The notes: generated by a model not told the origin, from the sequence alone. 63,988 nt of DNA, filler included, from Octopus bimaculoides (GCF_001194135.2; 4 parts of 4 records of this genome joined end to end with filler, not necessarily neighbours in it); one strand, 5' to 3'; positions 39,156 to 53,957 are shown, counted from the first letter of the whole stretch. Numbers and translations: made by a program.

Positions 39156-39351
39156 CAGTGGTTCTCAACTGGGGTCCATATAAGATTTTTCAGGGTCTAC
39201 GCACACAAAATAGTAAATTGAGTATCCACAGTAGTATATTAAGAGTTCATAAAAAGTTTTGCTTTAGATGTATTTATTGCAAGAAACAGCTAAATTTCTT
39301 TCTCAAATGTTTTACAAAGTTCGCCATACACAAGTTAATGTGTGAAAAGGA
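39156..39351. mobile_element. Second copy of the hAT MITE, opposite orientation, truncated by a gap
   Basis: cagtggttctcaactggggtccatat...cagtagtat.ttaag...acacaagtta.tgtgtgaaa is colinear with the reverse complement of 26477-26806. Confidence 0.8.
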
Positions 39352-39934
39352 NNNNNNNNNNNNNNNNNNNNNNNNNNNNNNNNNNNNNNNNNNNNNNNNN
39401 NNNNNNNNNNNNNNNNNNNNNNNNNNNNNNNNNNNNNNNNNNNNNNNNNNNNNNNNNNNNNNNNNNNNNNNNNNNNNNNNNNNNNNNNNNNNNNNNNNNN
39501 NNNNNNNNNNNNNNNNNNNNNNNNNNNNNNNNNNNNNNNNNNNNNNNNNNNNNNNNNNNNNNNNNNNNNNNNNNNNNNNNNNNNNNNNNNNNNNNNNNNN
39601 NNNNNNNNNNNNNNNNNNNNNNNNNNNNNNNNNNNNNNNNNNNNNNNNNNNNNNNNNNNNNNNNNNNNNNNNNNNNNNNNNNNNNNNNNNNNNNNNNNNN
39701 NNNNNNNNNNNNNNNNNNNNNNNNNNNNNNNNNNNNNNNNNNNNNNNNNNNNNNNNNNNNNNNNNNNNNNNNNNNNNNNNNNNNNNNNNNNNNNNNNNNN
39801 NNNNNNNNNNNNNNNNNNNNNNNNNNNNNNNNNNNNNNNNNNNNNNNNNNNNNNNNNNNNNNNNNNNNNNNNNNNNNNNNNNNNNNNNNNNNNNNNNNNN
39901 NNNNNNNNNNNNNNNNTGTTGGCGTTTTATCTTT

Positions 39935-40349
39935 TATCTTTTACTTATTTCAGTTATTATATTGTGGCGATGCTGGAGCACCACCTTGAAGAATTTTAAG
40001 TTGAATGAATCGACTCCCGTACTTTAAGTTGTTAAGCCTGGTACTTAATCTATCGGCCTCTTTTGTCGAACCACTATGTTACGGGGACATAAACATACAA
40101 ACACCGGTTGTCAAGAGGCGGTTGTGGTGGTGGGGATGGTGGTGGCGGACAGACACAGACAAGCATACACACACACATACACACATATATGACTGGCCTC
40201 TTTCACTTTCCGTCGACCAAATCCACTCACATGGCTTTGGTCGGCCCGAGGCTATAGTGGTAGACACTTGCCCAAGGTGCCACGCGGTTGGACTAAACCC
40301 GGAACCATGTGGTTGGTAAGCAAGCTTCTTACCACACAGCCACGCCTGC
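39935..40349 (-). mobile_element. SINE family 1, full length
   Basis: Head, CORE-like gtggcaccttgggcaagtgtct, internal microsatellite and 3' tail are all present on the minus strand. Confidence 0.9.
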
Positions 40350-40532
40350 ACCGGTGAATATCGTTGCAAATATCTTCGAGTATTTACGTTATTAAAAGTA
40401 GGTAATTCTCTAAATATCGATAATCTGACTTACACTGGATTCGATATAAATGACTAAGCCTTTGATGGTAGTTTGCTTGAATGGTCGTGGTCCAACAAAG
40501 GTAACCAGTAAAAGAATAAAACTTACACATAT

Positions 40533-40920
40533 AGGAGTTGTCTGTGTGGTAAGAAGCTTGCTTCCTAACCACATGGTTCCGGGTTCAGTCCCATACGTGG
40601 CACCTTACCACTATAGCCTCGGTCCGAGCAAAGCCTTATGAATGGATTTAGTAGGCGGAAACTAAAAGAAGCCCGTCCTAAATATACATATGTATATGTA
40701 TGTATGTATTTGTGTGTCTGTATTTGTCCCCCACCCACCATCGCTTGACAACCGGTGTTGGTGTGTTTACGTCTCTGTAACTTAGTGGTTCGGCAAAAGA
40801 GACCCATATAATAAGTACTAGGCTTACAAATAATAAGTCCTGGGGTCGATTTGTTCGATTAAAGGCGGTTCTCTAGTAAGACCCCAGTCAAATGACTGAA
40901 ACAAATAAATAAATAAAAGA
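40533..40920 (+). mobile_element. SINE family 1, full length
   Basis: gtgtggtaagaagcttgcttcctaaccacatggttccgggttcagtccc...(TATG)n...cttagtggttcggcaaaagagacc...aaatgactgaaacaaataaa. Confidence 0.9.
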
Positions 40921-41329
40921 ATAAAATTATATAGATAGAATTCCTTGCTTAACCAGATACCAGAGTGAGCTTTGGCATTCCAGTCATGACCATCTTGTCT
41001 TTTATGAAGTGAACCCACAACCACGTCAACCACCGTGTTTGTTTCTAAGACGATAGAGCAGTGTCTGGGCGAAGAGAATTTATTTTGCGGCACACCAAAT
41101 AAAAATNNNNNNNNNNNNNNNNNNNNNNNNNNNNNNNNNNNNNNNNNNNNNNNNNNNNNNNNNNNNNNNNNNNNNNNNNNNNNNNNNNNNNNNNNNNNNN
41201 NNNNNNNNNNNNNNNNNNNNNNNNNNNNNNNNNNNNNNNNNNNNNNNNNNNNNNNTATATATAAAACAAATAATAAATGAGTATATGCATATATACTTAC
41301 AAGTATGTGCATACCTACACCAACCTGCA

Positions 41330-41476
41330 TATATAGGTGCATATCTGGGTACAGGACATTGCAAACAAAACGTAGACAAAAAAATAATAATAACCAGAGT
41401 ACAGAAAACACACAGGCCACATAGAGAACATTTTCCTTCATCAGCTACCCCCATTCTAACACAGGCGTTTCGAAGA
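41330..41476 (-). repeat. Second copy of the repeat at 2761-2945
   Basis: Direct sequence similarity. Confidence 0.6.
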
Positions 41477-41549
41477 GTATATATATATATATATAGGTAA
41501 TATAATACTGTAATAATGTTTTTAGCGAGAAGGATGCAATTGATTTTGA

Positions 41550-43594
41550 TGCAATTAATTTTGAGAAACAATTTTGTCAAAACTCGGCTCTAAATTAGAT
41601 AAGCAAATACATAACTCCTCCTCTACCATCTGTAATCGTCCCCGTTTTTTTTTTTTACTTCATTTCCGTAAACACAGAGATACCTAATTCATAAAGATAC
41701 GATGAGCCAAAGGGCAACAGAGATTTAATGGCTGTAGTAGCTAATCGAGGATATTGGCTCCAAAGCGAAATTCAAAATTCTGACAATTCTAGCACAGAAA
41801 ATGAGGCTTTGTGCACAAGATCGTTTTTCAAGTCTATTAAATTTTCTTCTATTAATGTTAATGGTAAGTGTGTACTGTCGTATCTTGCGAAAGGATTGAT
41901 GACCCATTGGTACATTTGATAGTCAAATGATGGAAAATACTTAGAAAAACCGGGAGGCTTTCTACTGTCTTCTACACTTCTGACAAAATTTTAAATTTGT
42001 TTGGGAAGCAGTCAAGCCGCGAGTTTTTAACTGTCGTTATCCACAGTTCTAACTTGTCGGTGAAAGACTTTAATTTGCCTGTAATTGTAATAATATTTTC
42101 GTTCACTCCAAAAGGTCGTTGAGAAATTATCATTGTTAAGAAATTCAAATCCAGAATTTTGAGCATCGAAGAAACATATTATTTCAGTTCGCAAAGAGAT
42201 AAATCGAGAGCGGCGTCGCACTTCTGCATGAAGCAGTAAACACTTAAAATCAAAATCTATAGTTTCACATAGGAATGCAAAAGTCTGCACTGTAGGGAAT
42301 ACGATTTTATGTAATTCACCACTTTAACAGTGTTGTCCATCATCTTCAGGAGACCATCAGGTAGAGATTTTCATAACAAAAATCTACAATTTTAACTTGT
42401 GATTTTTTTTGTAATCTATGAGCCACGAAGCCGTTTTTTAAACCCTGCATGGATGGAGCGCCATCAGTGCAAACACTAATACAAGTTTGCCACTGCATCC
42501 CTCTTAACACGACATTTTGGTTTACCAGGTTAAAGACATCTCCTGTCGTTCTTTCAATCAATTCACAACAAAAGAAAAACTGACTTACGATTTTACCACC
42601 TCTGATTATTCGCAGAAATGAAATTAGTTGAGCTTTGTTGCTGATGTCTGTACTTTCATCGATTTGTAAGGCCCACAAGTTTTCGAGTTCATTTTTTACT
42701 TCAGTGAAATGTTCACGGAACTGATCAATAATGTCTTGCAAAATGTCTTGAACTTTACGAGAAATCGTGTGGGCAAACACAGGAATGGTCTTAATTTGTT
42801 TGACGTCTTCATCACTGATCATTGTGCCAACGGCCACCTCCAAAGATGGTAAAATAATGTTTTCAGCATCAGAATGTGGTTTTTTTTCCTTTGCAAAAAG
42901 CTTGGCAATTTTGTAACTAGCGATTTGAGCTTTTTCGGGAATTGAGTGAATTTTTTCAGCCTTTTTGATTGAATTTTTTAATTATATTTTTTAGCATCTC
43001 AAAGCATTTTTGTGGTTTGTCCTTATGTTGCGGATGATTTGTTATTAAATGATGTTGAAGTTAACTGGGAACCATCACTTTATTTGAGAGTGTTGCAAAA
43101 CAAATCATACAAAAAGGAACCGAGTTGCCTTTTGCTGATAATATAAAACCATATTGGATGTAATTTTCATTATATTTTCGTTTTGATGAGGTGGACTTTT
43201 TATTCTGGTGTTCGTCTTCTTTGCTATGACTCTATTTCTCATTTTACTGAGGTCTCAATAAAAATTTGTTCATGTTCAAATCTAAAATTAAAAATCGATT
43301 TAAATTAGCATAAAATAATTTAGGTAAATTATAAATAAATCAAAGATTAAAATCTACTAGGACTATTAAAACAATTTACTTACCGACAATTCCGGCTTTA
43401 AATGCAGAAATGTAATATATTGTAGCAAAACTGTTGTTCGTCGTGTAATTTATATTTACCGTATATCTATGCTCAAACTTTGCGAACGTTTTTGAATCGT
43501 TGTTTCCTGACAGTCCCGAAAATATTTTCCGCAGCACTCCAGTAATCTCTCGTGGCACACCACTGTGCCACGGCACGCAGTTTGGCAGATACTG
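41550..43594 (-). mobile_element. Defective hAT transposon, Buster/Charlie (SCAND3/FAM200-like) transposase
   Basis: 5' TIR-like CAGTATCTGCCAAACT at 43579-43594 with GTGCC subterminal repeats; start MNKFL at 43273; BED finger remnant; LQIDESTDIS; SVCTDGAPSM; LLLHAEVR; dimerisation domain WVINPF...FWISL...YPRLATTAIKSLLPFGSSYL. Many frameshifts; 3' TIR not found. Confidence 0.92.
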
Positions 43595-43924
43595 CGATAG
43601 GGTATGATTTGAGGGAAATTTGGCTGCTTTTTCTAAAATATCGAACGACCACGAAAGAAACTTCCTTCTTAATTCGATGTTTTTGATATATGAAAAAATG
43701 TGTGGAAGACAGGCTAAAAGTTTCTATTTTAACTGGTTTATTGAGTGAAAGAAAGTCCTTATAAGCACTCTGACCATTATAAGGGGATCTGTGACTGGCG
43801 AGAGAAGGGAAAAAATTATCCTCAGAGAAGATATGGCTTTAATGTCTGAAACAGGGTGGACACAGCTAACGGGACCCAAAGGTCAGATGTTGGGGAGAAA
43901 GATATTGATTTCAAATCTTTCAAA

Positions 43925-44145
43925 TCAAAGATTTCAATTTTTGGTACAGGGCCAGCAATGATGGAGCAGGAGGTAAGCTGATTATATTGACCCCAGTGTC
44001 TAACTGGTACTTATTTCATTGACCTCGAAAGGATGAAAGGCAAAGTCAACCTCGGTGGAATTTGAACTCAGAACGTAATGACAGCCGAGATGCTGCTAAC
44101 CATTTCTCCCGGCGTGTTAGCGATTCTGCCAGCTCGCTGCTTTAA
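43925..44145 (-). mobile_element. SINE family 2, full length
   Basis: Colinear with 3355-3562. Confidence 0.9.
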
Positions 44146-45840
44146 ACAAGACAAGAGCATTATGTAAAGGAAAGAGCAATCGACTCGTAAATACGTGCTT
44201 TACATCTCGTTACTGTGAGAATTTGTTTTGCAAAATAGTAAATAGATTAAAGATGAAGGTGAGCGAGAGGGGAGAGATAAGAACATGGAGTAAGAACTAA
44301 CGAGAAAGAGAGAGAGAGAGAGAAAGGAAAAAAGAGGGAAAGATAAAAAAATAATAAAATGAATGAGTTATGAGATATGATATGGCTTTCTTTCTTGTAC
44401 AAAATTTTTCGAACATTGTACTGCATATCACCCATGAGTGTGCCATGAGACTTTGAGATGGATCTGAACACGCCAGGATATTCAGAAAACGTTCTTTTTT
44501 CTTAATGCTCCAGCTTGGGCTAGTGAATTATTTGGCGGAAACTGCAATGCGTGCATCCATATCTCTTAATGAGAACAATTTTAATTCACATTTAAAAAAA
44601 ATATATAATAACGTTTGCAAATGCTGGTGTCGTGTTTTAAGACATTATCTAATACACTAAATATCGCTGCTTTAATAGTTTGGGAGTTGAGAATCTTGCA
44701 AAGCTCTCTCCAAGACCCCTGATATCGTCACCCACGAAATTGTGGCACACGATCGGTTTTAGGGTCTAACTATACTTTGCTTGGGAATTTAGGTTCTAAG
44801 CACTGGACTTCTACTCGCTCACTCGACTTGCTTACTTCCCATAAATCATATATACTGTCATAATAATGAGCGCAGACATTTTAACATTGTATACAGTACA
44901 TGCCTTAACAAAAACAAACTGGATGGCCACAGCAGAACGTTTTTGATCAATAGGTCTGCTAATCAGGGGTAACCTAGAGCTAAACAACTTTGTTTCTGAG
45001 CAATTAATTACATAATTTACTTCTTTATAAACAAAACAATGCTGACAAAAGCAAAAATACACTTGTACAAGTACATACATACATACATACATACACAGAC
45101 AGACACACACACACATACATGTATACACATACATACACTTACATGCGCACTCACACACACGTAAATAAATAGATACTCTTGAAAGACATACAGGCACACC
45201 CGTATATACATACATCCACACATCTGCATGCACACACATGTATCCACATTCATAAATATATACATACCACCTACTTGACCCTTTTACCACTTATACACAG
45301 TAAACCTACCCGTAGACACACACACTCACACACACACAAACACACATTCACATACACACACACAGACACATGCATCATCACACACACGAGAACACACGAG
45401 CATATACATACCCATAATCACATGGATATATGCATACATACTCTGCTCAAAATCACACACACATACACACACATACACGCGCGCACGCAATCACTTACAG
45501 ATGCGCGCACGCGCATGCATACACACATACAAATCTCCTACTCCATTCACATGCACAACTTCATTTTATTGATTTCCCGCCTAAACCAATTAACATTTTG
45601 CTATCAATCTTATGTATTTCCATACGATAAACAATTTACACACAATCTCTTATCTCTTTAGGTTATCATTACATCTCTCATTTTATCTCACACTTACCCC
45701 ACTCTCTCTCTGTCAGTCACAGATATTTGCATGCATATATGCACATATACAAAAATGCATACACACAAACATACACTCAGATACACGTACACATATACAT
45801 ATATACACACATATCCAAAATACACACACACACGCATATA

Positions 45841-45908
<68 letters not shown>

Positions 45909-46812
45909 AACATTCGTACATATACATATATGCAAATATACAAATATAAAGGCATACATGCGTAGACAAATATACACACACATACAAATATGCACACATG
46001 CGCTAATGTGCACATAAATTTGCATAAGCAAACATAATTTCTCTCTCTTCCTGTTTCTTAGTACACGTATACGCACACACATATGTACACGCACACACAC
46101 ATATACATTTATGCATGCATAAATACATGCATATATATACATACATATATGTATATGCGACCATAAACATGCGCACCCACAAATATAGTTATAGAAACAC
46201 ATACACACACATATACATATTATATGTGTGCATCCCTGCATATATATGTGCGTGCATGTAGGTATGTACGTGAGTCTATGTGTTTTTTTGTGTGTGTGAC
46301 TCTGTCTGTCTGTCTGTCTGGCTGACTGTGAGTCTGTGTCTGTGCGTACAAATGAAACGAAAATTAGCGAAGTGAAATAACTCAGCGTGGGCAGCGACAC
46401 GTGTTTGAACAACAAAGGCAAATATGGGTACATTAAATGGTATGCAAGATAAAATCTTTATTTATTGAAATTGTCTCCCCATCCAAAGTAGATCAATCGT
46501 TTGGTAGCAATTGGTGTCAACTCGGAATGAAAAGAGGAAATAATCCCAAGAATCAAGAATTTCTCCAAAACTGATATGCAATAAACGAAAGGACAGTCTT
46601 ATTGTCTAAAGGCAAAAGCGCAGCTGTGCACACAAGTTTCTGCTTCAATTGGCGTTTTCAGCACGACAATTGTTTTGCTCTATCTTCAGTTGAGGGGAGA
46701 TTTAGGCATAAACAATCAGACGTGCTTTCGTTAACATTACGACAATTTTTGGAATATTCTTGAATCTTAAGATTATCTCCCCTTCCAATCTGGATTTACT
46801 ACACACATGCAC

Positions 46813-46878
<66 letters not shown>

Positions 46879-47703
46879 NNNNNNNNNNNNNNNNNNNNNN
46901 NNNNNNNNNNNNNNNNNNNNNNNNNNNNNNNNNNNNNNNNNNNNNNNNNNNNNNNNNNNNNNNNNNNNNNNNNNNNNNNNNNNNNNNNNNNNNNNNNNNN
47001 NNNNNNNNNNNNNNNNNNNNNNNNNNNNNNNNNNNNNNNNNNNNNNNNNNNNNNNNNNNNNNNNNNNNNNNNNNNNNNNNNNNNNNNNNNNNNNNNNNNN
47101 NNNNNNNNNNNNNNNNNNNNNNNNNNNNNNNNNNNNNNNNNNNNNNNNNNNNNNNNNNNNNNNNNNNNNNNNNNNNNNNNNNNNNNNNNNNNNNNNNNNN
47201 NNNNNNNNNNNNNNNNNNNNNNNNNNNNNNNNNNNNNNNTCCTCAGTACTGGACAATCGTTAGCTAGAGATGGTAGCGAGTCGCCTCGTTCACAGTATAT
47301 ACTTTTAAAGTGACCCACAGTCAGTGATTTCGTAAAGAGAAAAACAACTAGTTTTAGATCTCTGAGCGAGAAATATGTAATAATAGTACATACACACACA
47401 CACACACACACATATATATCATGTGTGTGTATATGAATGTATTTATTTATGTATGTCTATATATCAGAGCAGTGTAGCTTGCATGAAGCATTGCCGGGTA
47501 CAGATAAATATTTTTAAGTCTTTGTTTTAAAAGCTAATACAGTGCAAGTTATAAGAAATATTACAAATCGATGATTTTTACTGTCACCAGTAGAACACTA
47601 CTACTACTACCTCTACCGCCTCTACTATCACCACTACTATTACCACCATCACATTAAACATCACCACACACACACAGACTTACGCGCACACATACACACA
47701 CAC

Positions 47704-47828
47704 ACGACGGGCTTCTTTCAGTTTCTGTCAACCAAATCCACTCTCAAGTTTTTTGGCAGCCCCAGGTTATAGTAGAAGACACTTGCTCAAGGTGCCACGC
47801 AAACTCTTACCACACGGCCACGCCTGTG
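47704..47828 (-). mobile_element. SINE family 1, 5' half with internal deletion
   Basis: acgacgggcttctttcagtttc...gacacttgctcaaggtgccacgc...cttaccacacggccacgcc. Confidence 0.85.
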
Positions 47829-48529
47829 CCTACTCTATTATTGCCTGGTGCTTTATTGCCGGGTCGCCTGGCGGTACTGTACACCTTACTCGCCTCACTC
47901 ACTAGCACTCATAATTACAGAATACTATTAAAAAATAATTCTTATACAAAATGATTTGATCAACCCGACGCTTTGGTGAAAGAAACCGGCTCAAGATTTT
48001 GCGCGATAGGATTGAATCCACAACATCATTGTTGCAAAGCGAATTTCTCAAAGTACAAAGCTACATTGAGACATTGCCTTGATACCCCAATAAACTCACA
48101 CACAGGTATATGAAATCAACGATCTCGGTACCCAGGAGACTGTAAAACATTGAACCCACGATCCCGGTAAGTACCCAGTATGTTGTCTGGAACCATCGAC
48201 CGCAGTATCCGGTATACTGTAGCATACAGCCATTTCGAACTGTCGACTCCGTTACTCAGAACGCAATCGATTTGAACAGCGTACTTTACAAATTCCGGGG
48301 AATCTCTACAGGGTTGTTAGAAATAGCAACCAAATCTTCGTCAAATGACACCTCTCTATATTGAGACGTTGTGGAATGTTCCAAGAAAGGTAAAGGAGAT
48401 AACATAGTTCCAGATATCGTAACAAAGGCATGATGGTCATGGCTGGAAAGCCTTTGGTCATATGTTTCCTCAATCATGGTTGATGTGTGATAATAGGGCA
48501 AAACGGTAAAGACACCCTTCGTTCACAAC

Positions 48530-48848
48530 TGATTATCGGATTGTACCTAGTAAGTTCCTCTCCGAGGCACAAGTCCGGGCAAGGTTGTTTATGGAAGACC
48601 AGCAGTCGCCCATGCATACCAGTCTCTCCTATCCACGCCACGATGTTATCCAAGGCAAAGGCAAAGGCAAAGGCTGTTACAGCTTGGCACCGGTGCCGTC
48701 ACAGCTCATTTCTACAGCTGAGTGACCTGGAGCAATGTGAAATAGAGTATCTTGTTCAAGAACACAGCACACAGCCAGGTCCGGGAATCGAACACACAAC
48801 CTTACGATTGTAAGCCCGACGCTCTGACCAGTGAATCATGCGTCTTCA
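48530..48848 (-). mobile_element. tRNA-derived SINE, family 4
   Basis: Reverse complement has a tRNA-like head (ggtcagagcgtcgggc...gttcgattcccgg) followed by cttgaacaagatact...ttcacattgctcc; head shared with 56700-56955. Confidence 0.8.
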
Positions 48849-49192
48849 GTGTGGGATAATAACCCACCACATTAAAACTGGTTGTCTTCAGGTGCGGCTG
48901 ATTGCCATTTGTGTTTCTCATTAACAATTAGTAACACTGTCAATAAATCTCACTTAATCCTTATAATACATAATTGATAATTAACACCTAATTAAGAAAT
49001 AATGAATAATCTACTATACTTCACCTCTACCCAACCCCTGCCAACAGGCATAACTATTAAATAAGAATTCTGTTTTAATCATTCTTACGCAACAGTATTA
49101 AATTGCATTTGCCATGAAAATGAAATCAAAGAATATAGAAAGAAAAACATTTGAGCCTCTTTTGGCACAGGGAAATAGATGTAAAACAGAAT

Positions 49193-49253
<61 letters not shown>

Positions 49254-49357
49254 CAGCAGCAGCAGCAGCAGCAGCAGTGGTAGCCTTTTCATTATCGGTC
49301 TCGAGGGCCTATCATATAATACAAAACCATGTGAAGTAGAAAGGTTACACAACGTGA

Positions 49358-49395
<38 letters not shown>

Positions 49396-49772
49396 TGTGT
49401 GCGCGTGTGTGTGTGTGTGTGTGTGTTAAATACTAGAAAGACAAGCAAAGTCATGGTACATTTGAAAAACAGTATAGATTAAGAAGGGAGAGCGAGTCCG
49501 TCACCTAGAAAGAGTCGGACAATTGTGGGATTTCGGTCAAGTTTCTCTTCAAGCATTTCTTTACCTCTAACGACTACAGCTTACTGGAAAATTCCACAAG
49601 CATTTCCTATATGACGTTTATCCTTTAAGTGTATTTCACAGTGACTTTAGGCATTAAAATCCCGCCGTATATATATAGATGTGTGTGTGTGTGTGTGTGT
49701 GCGTGCGTGAGCGTGTGTGCGCGTGTGTGTGCGTGTGTGTGCGTGTGTGTGTGTGCGTCTTTGTGTGTGCGT

Positions 49773-49965
49773 TTGTCCCCTACCAACGCTTGACAACCGA
49801 TATTGGTTTGTTTACGATCCAGTAACTTAGCGGTTCGGCAAAAGAGACCCAATGGAATAAGTACCAAACTTAAAAGAGTACTGGAGCCGATTTGTTCGGC
49901 TAAAGTTCTTCAAGGTGATGCCCCAGAATGGCCGCAGTCGAACAACTAAAACACGTATGAGGTAA
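49773..49965 (+). mobile_element. SINE family 1, 3' half
   Basis: tttgtcccc...cgcttgacaaccga...gtaacttagcggttcggcaaaagagacc. Confidence 0.85.
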
Positions 49966-50832
49966 AAGGTAAAAGCTACCCGCAGCAACCAACTGAGAAG
50001 TTGGTGTTCGATATCCTGCTATTGCCACTTAACTTAGTTGCTGTTGCCATGTCTATGTGTTGAGAGTTATTGCGTGACCCCTCACACATATAGAAAATAG
50101 CCTCAAAGGGGGTTACGACAGTCAGTGACATGAGAATCTCTCTACAATTAGATGAGTCTCACCATTATCTCAACCCTGTTATAACACGGATGCCAAAACT
50201 TTGAAATCCCAAACGACGTAAGGACTGAACTCGTGTCTCCTTCTTCACAGTGATCAAAGTAATTAGCAAATGGCTAGAGTGTTTCAAAGAAACTTGACTA
50301 CATCGTCGACAGCGAAGGAATACGATCGAATGTAATTTTAGAGGCTGGGGATTTAAAACAAGCATTTAAATATTTAATAAGGGTTTCTCGCACTGAAAGA
50401 AAACCACAAATTTGTGCGGGGAAGGGTGTGCTTGATAAAATCAATCAAACACATTACTGATATATATTCTATCGACCTTCGATGAAAAGAAAAAAAGCCA
50501 GCTTCTCACCTATATCTCAATTCAAGGTACAGTTTCTTTATTCCTATCACTATAGTGACACACAGTTCAAAACTAAACGTTATTAACTGTAAATATACTT
50601 CATTAATAACAAACTATCGATATTCTTGCAAACAAAATGACCTAAAAAAATCTCCTTTCTCTCCGTTTCTTCCACAATTTTTCTGTGAACTGTACTTTCT
50701 CACCGAAGTAACAACACTCAACGGAACAAATACAGCATTAGCTATATGATAAATTTTCATGTTTGACTATCTGCCTCTGTGTGTGTATGTGTATGTCTGT
50801 GTCTGTGTCTGTGTCTGTGTGTGTGCGTCCGT

Positions 50833-50878
<46 letters not shown>

Positions 50879-51311
50879 GTGTGACGTACAATGCACATCA
50901 GTTCTTACATGGCGATTATTATTATGATTCCACAAAAGTACGAAGTGCAATACAAAGAAGCGGAAATTAATATGATGGCAGCAAGGTGAATGGGTGGGAG
51001 TGGTGGCGTGGCGTTAAGAAGCCTTAAATATTATAAAAAGCAATAAATAAAAAAGTATTTGGACACCGCCCCTTCTTCCCTTTTTCTTTACCACCTACAG
51101 CAATAACAACAACTACAACTACTACACACAAAAATATAAAGTATATATATACATATATATATATAGGTAATATATATGTTGGTATATTTATATATATGCA
51201 CATGTGTGCGTATATATGTATATATGTTCATATGTATAAATAGATATATATATATGTATATATAAATATATATACACATTTAAATACATATACATATACA
51301 TACACACATGC

Positions 51312-51348
<37 letters not shown>

Positions 51349-51360
51349 ACACACACACAA

Positions 51361-51413
<53 letters not shown>

Positions 51414-51682
51414 ACTCAAGTCTTCAGCATTCAAATACAAAGCTGTTGATATATTATTTATACTTGGTTAAAAAAAAGGATAAAACGAAATTAAAATAAA
51501 ATTTATCCTTTTATGGAAAAATAGCGAAAACACAAAAACCCCTAAAGAATTTGTATATTTTAGCATTTGACACAAAAANNNNNNNNNNNNNNNNNNNNNN
51601 NNNNNNNNNNNNNNNNNNNNNNTTAATTAATTAANNNNNNNNNNNNNNNNNNNNNNNNNNNNNNNNNNNNNNNNNNNNTATG

Positions 51683-51715
<33 letters not shown>

Positions 51716-51732
51716 GCATGTGTATATATATG

Positions 51733-51795
<63 letters not shown>

Positions 51796-52599
51796 GAGGG
51801 AGAGAAAGAGAAAGACATCCATAGTATATCAGATATTATAAAGAATGACTCGGAGCAATGCGCAGAAATGTCGGCTGCATGAATAATTGATAATAAAATG
51901 ATCGTCAGCATACTTGATGTAGTAAGCTAACAAGTTGTGCATTGATAACTAACATTTCGTGATGAGCAGAAATCATGAGCTGAATGAAGGACGCAGATTA
52001 AAACTAGCAAAGGGAGACAATCGAGAAAAATATATTTAGTTAAAATTTATTAAACATGAAATGTGATGGAGTATAATAGTCCTTAACAGCATTAGATAAC
52101 TGTGGGAATGTTTCGGTTTTATTCGTTCTCATCAGCGAATGTCTTTTTTAAACCAGAGTTAGTCATTTACATAATTCTTCGATTTCCTTTCAATGGGGGG
52201 AAGAAATCATTGGCTCAGTACACGAAATATTCTAGGGGGCCACTTGATTATTGTTTTTTCAAGCAGCAGGAGTAATCAGGAATGTTTTTCTCTGGAATAT
52301 TAAGTTGTTTCGCTACACATTTTTCCTCTATGAAAACCCTACACTTGCCCTGTCATTCCAATATATCTTTCGGTTACTTTTAAGCAAAGTTTCGTTGACG
52401 AGGTTCTAATAAGATAGAAACATATCCAGAATTATCACTACACTGCTTAATAGGGGATAAACTCCCTACTATACTCCATATTTCTGTGATTTTAATTAAT
52501 CAAAATTTCGAGGTTGACTCCCTTGGACTTTTTGACAAGAGTTAGTCATTAGCATAATAGTAAACCCTAGTGGGCATATTGAGTTTCATATATTTACAA

Positions 52600-52820
52600 C
52601 CCAGTGTCAGTCTGATGGTATGCTCGATTGCTAGCAGAATCGTTAGCTTAATGGCATCTCGTTAGTCTTTACATTCTTAGTTCAAATGTCACCAACGTCC
52701 ACTTTACCTATCGTCTTTTCGGGATCGATAAAATAAGTACCAGTCGAGCACTAGGAGTGATGCAATCGATTTACCCCCTCCCCCGAAATTGCTGGCCTTG
52801 TGTCAAAATTTGTACACCAG
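52600..52820 (+). mobile_element. SINE family 2, diverged full-length copy
   Basis: ctagcagaatcgttagc...ttcttagttcaaat...gggatcgataaaataagtaccag...aaattgctggccttgtgtcaaaattt. Confidence 0.8.
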
Positions 52821-53574
52821 TATACGAAGTTTCAAACTGTTTAGTTACAAAAAGAATCATTAAAAAATCTGTGAGCCAATGTTTTGCGAAATAAATCTTA
52901 ATTTCTGAAACCTTATCCAGAGACTTGGTCAAAAGCTTAACTCCATTTTATGCCCCATTCGTTATTTAGATTTGGGATAAGACTTTCTCGGGTGATATTT
53001 GAGATGGTAGCTCATTAGATTTTATAAACTATCGAGCTACTCTGTATTTTTTTTTCTCTCTCTTTCTCTCTCGCCTCTTACCGTCACACACGAGCACCCA
53101 GACGCAAACATGTCCGCGCAAACACACACACACATGCTTGAACACACATACACACACACGTTTGCACGCACGTTCTGACTAACATACGTGTTGAGTTTAT
53201 ATATTTTAAACTATTCTCCGTTTTTTAAATTTTATTTTCTGCTCATATACATTTACTGTATTCCTTTAAGACTAAATGCTCATTAAAACCATAAAAGCAA
53301 TTGGTGTTTTGGTATATATTTAGCAGAAGTAAAGCGTGGGCGTAAAAGCAAGAAAGGGAACGGAAAAGCAAAGAAAGAACGCATCAGTCAACTTTCTTGA
53401 GATGTAGGAGAAGGGCTGCGAGTGCAAGGGCATGAGTTGAATGAGGACGTGAAAGAAATGGTTGGAATATAAACTGGAAATGATGAAAGAAAGGAATAGG
53501 TCGTTGGAATGTCAGGGAGTAAAAGAAAAAGGGGGTCTTCATGTAAGAAATATGTGTGTTAATAATATTCTTTT

Positions 53575-53785
53575 CAACTCTAGGCACAAAGCTCGAAATT
53601 TTCGGGGAGGGAGTCAGTCGATTAGATCGACCCAGTACGTAACTGGTACTTAATTTATTGACCCCGAAAGGATGAAAAGCAAAATTGACCTCGGCGGAAT
53701 TTGAACTCAGAACGTAAAGATAGACGCAATACCACTAAGCATTTCACCCGGCGGGCTAACGATTCTACCAGCTCGCTGCCTTAGT
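53575..53785 (-). mobile_element. SINE family 2 flanked by an apparent ~17-bp TSD (tgtgtgttaataatatt)
   Basis: Body colinear with other copies; the duplicated flank lies at about 53552-53568 and 53788-53804. Confidence 0.88.
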
Positions 53786-53957
53786 GTGTGTGTTAATAAT
53801 ATTGGCACAATGACTCTCCCGAAACACAGTTTTCTCTTTTCTCACCGTTTATAATTTCCAGCTAACGATAAATTAAATACCAGTGAAATTCTGGGGTTGA
53901 TGTACTCGACTAGTCCCCTCCCCGAAAACTCCAAGCCGTGTGCATATAATAGAAAGG

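Noticed and set aside
48286-48813. ORFs of 71 and 108 aa
   Set aside because: The 108-aa ORF lies in a SINE; the 71-aa ORF has no splice or homology support.
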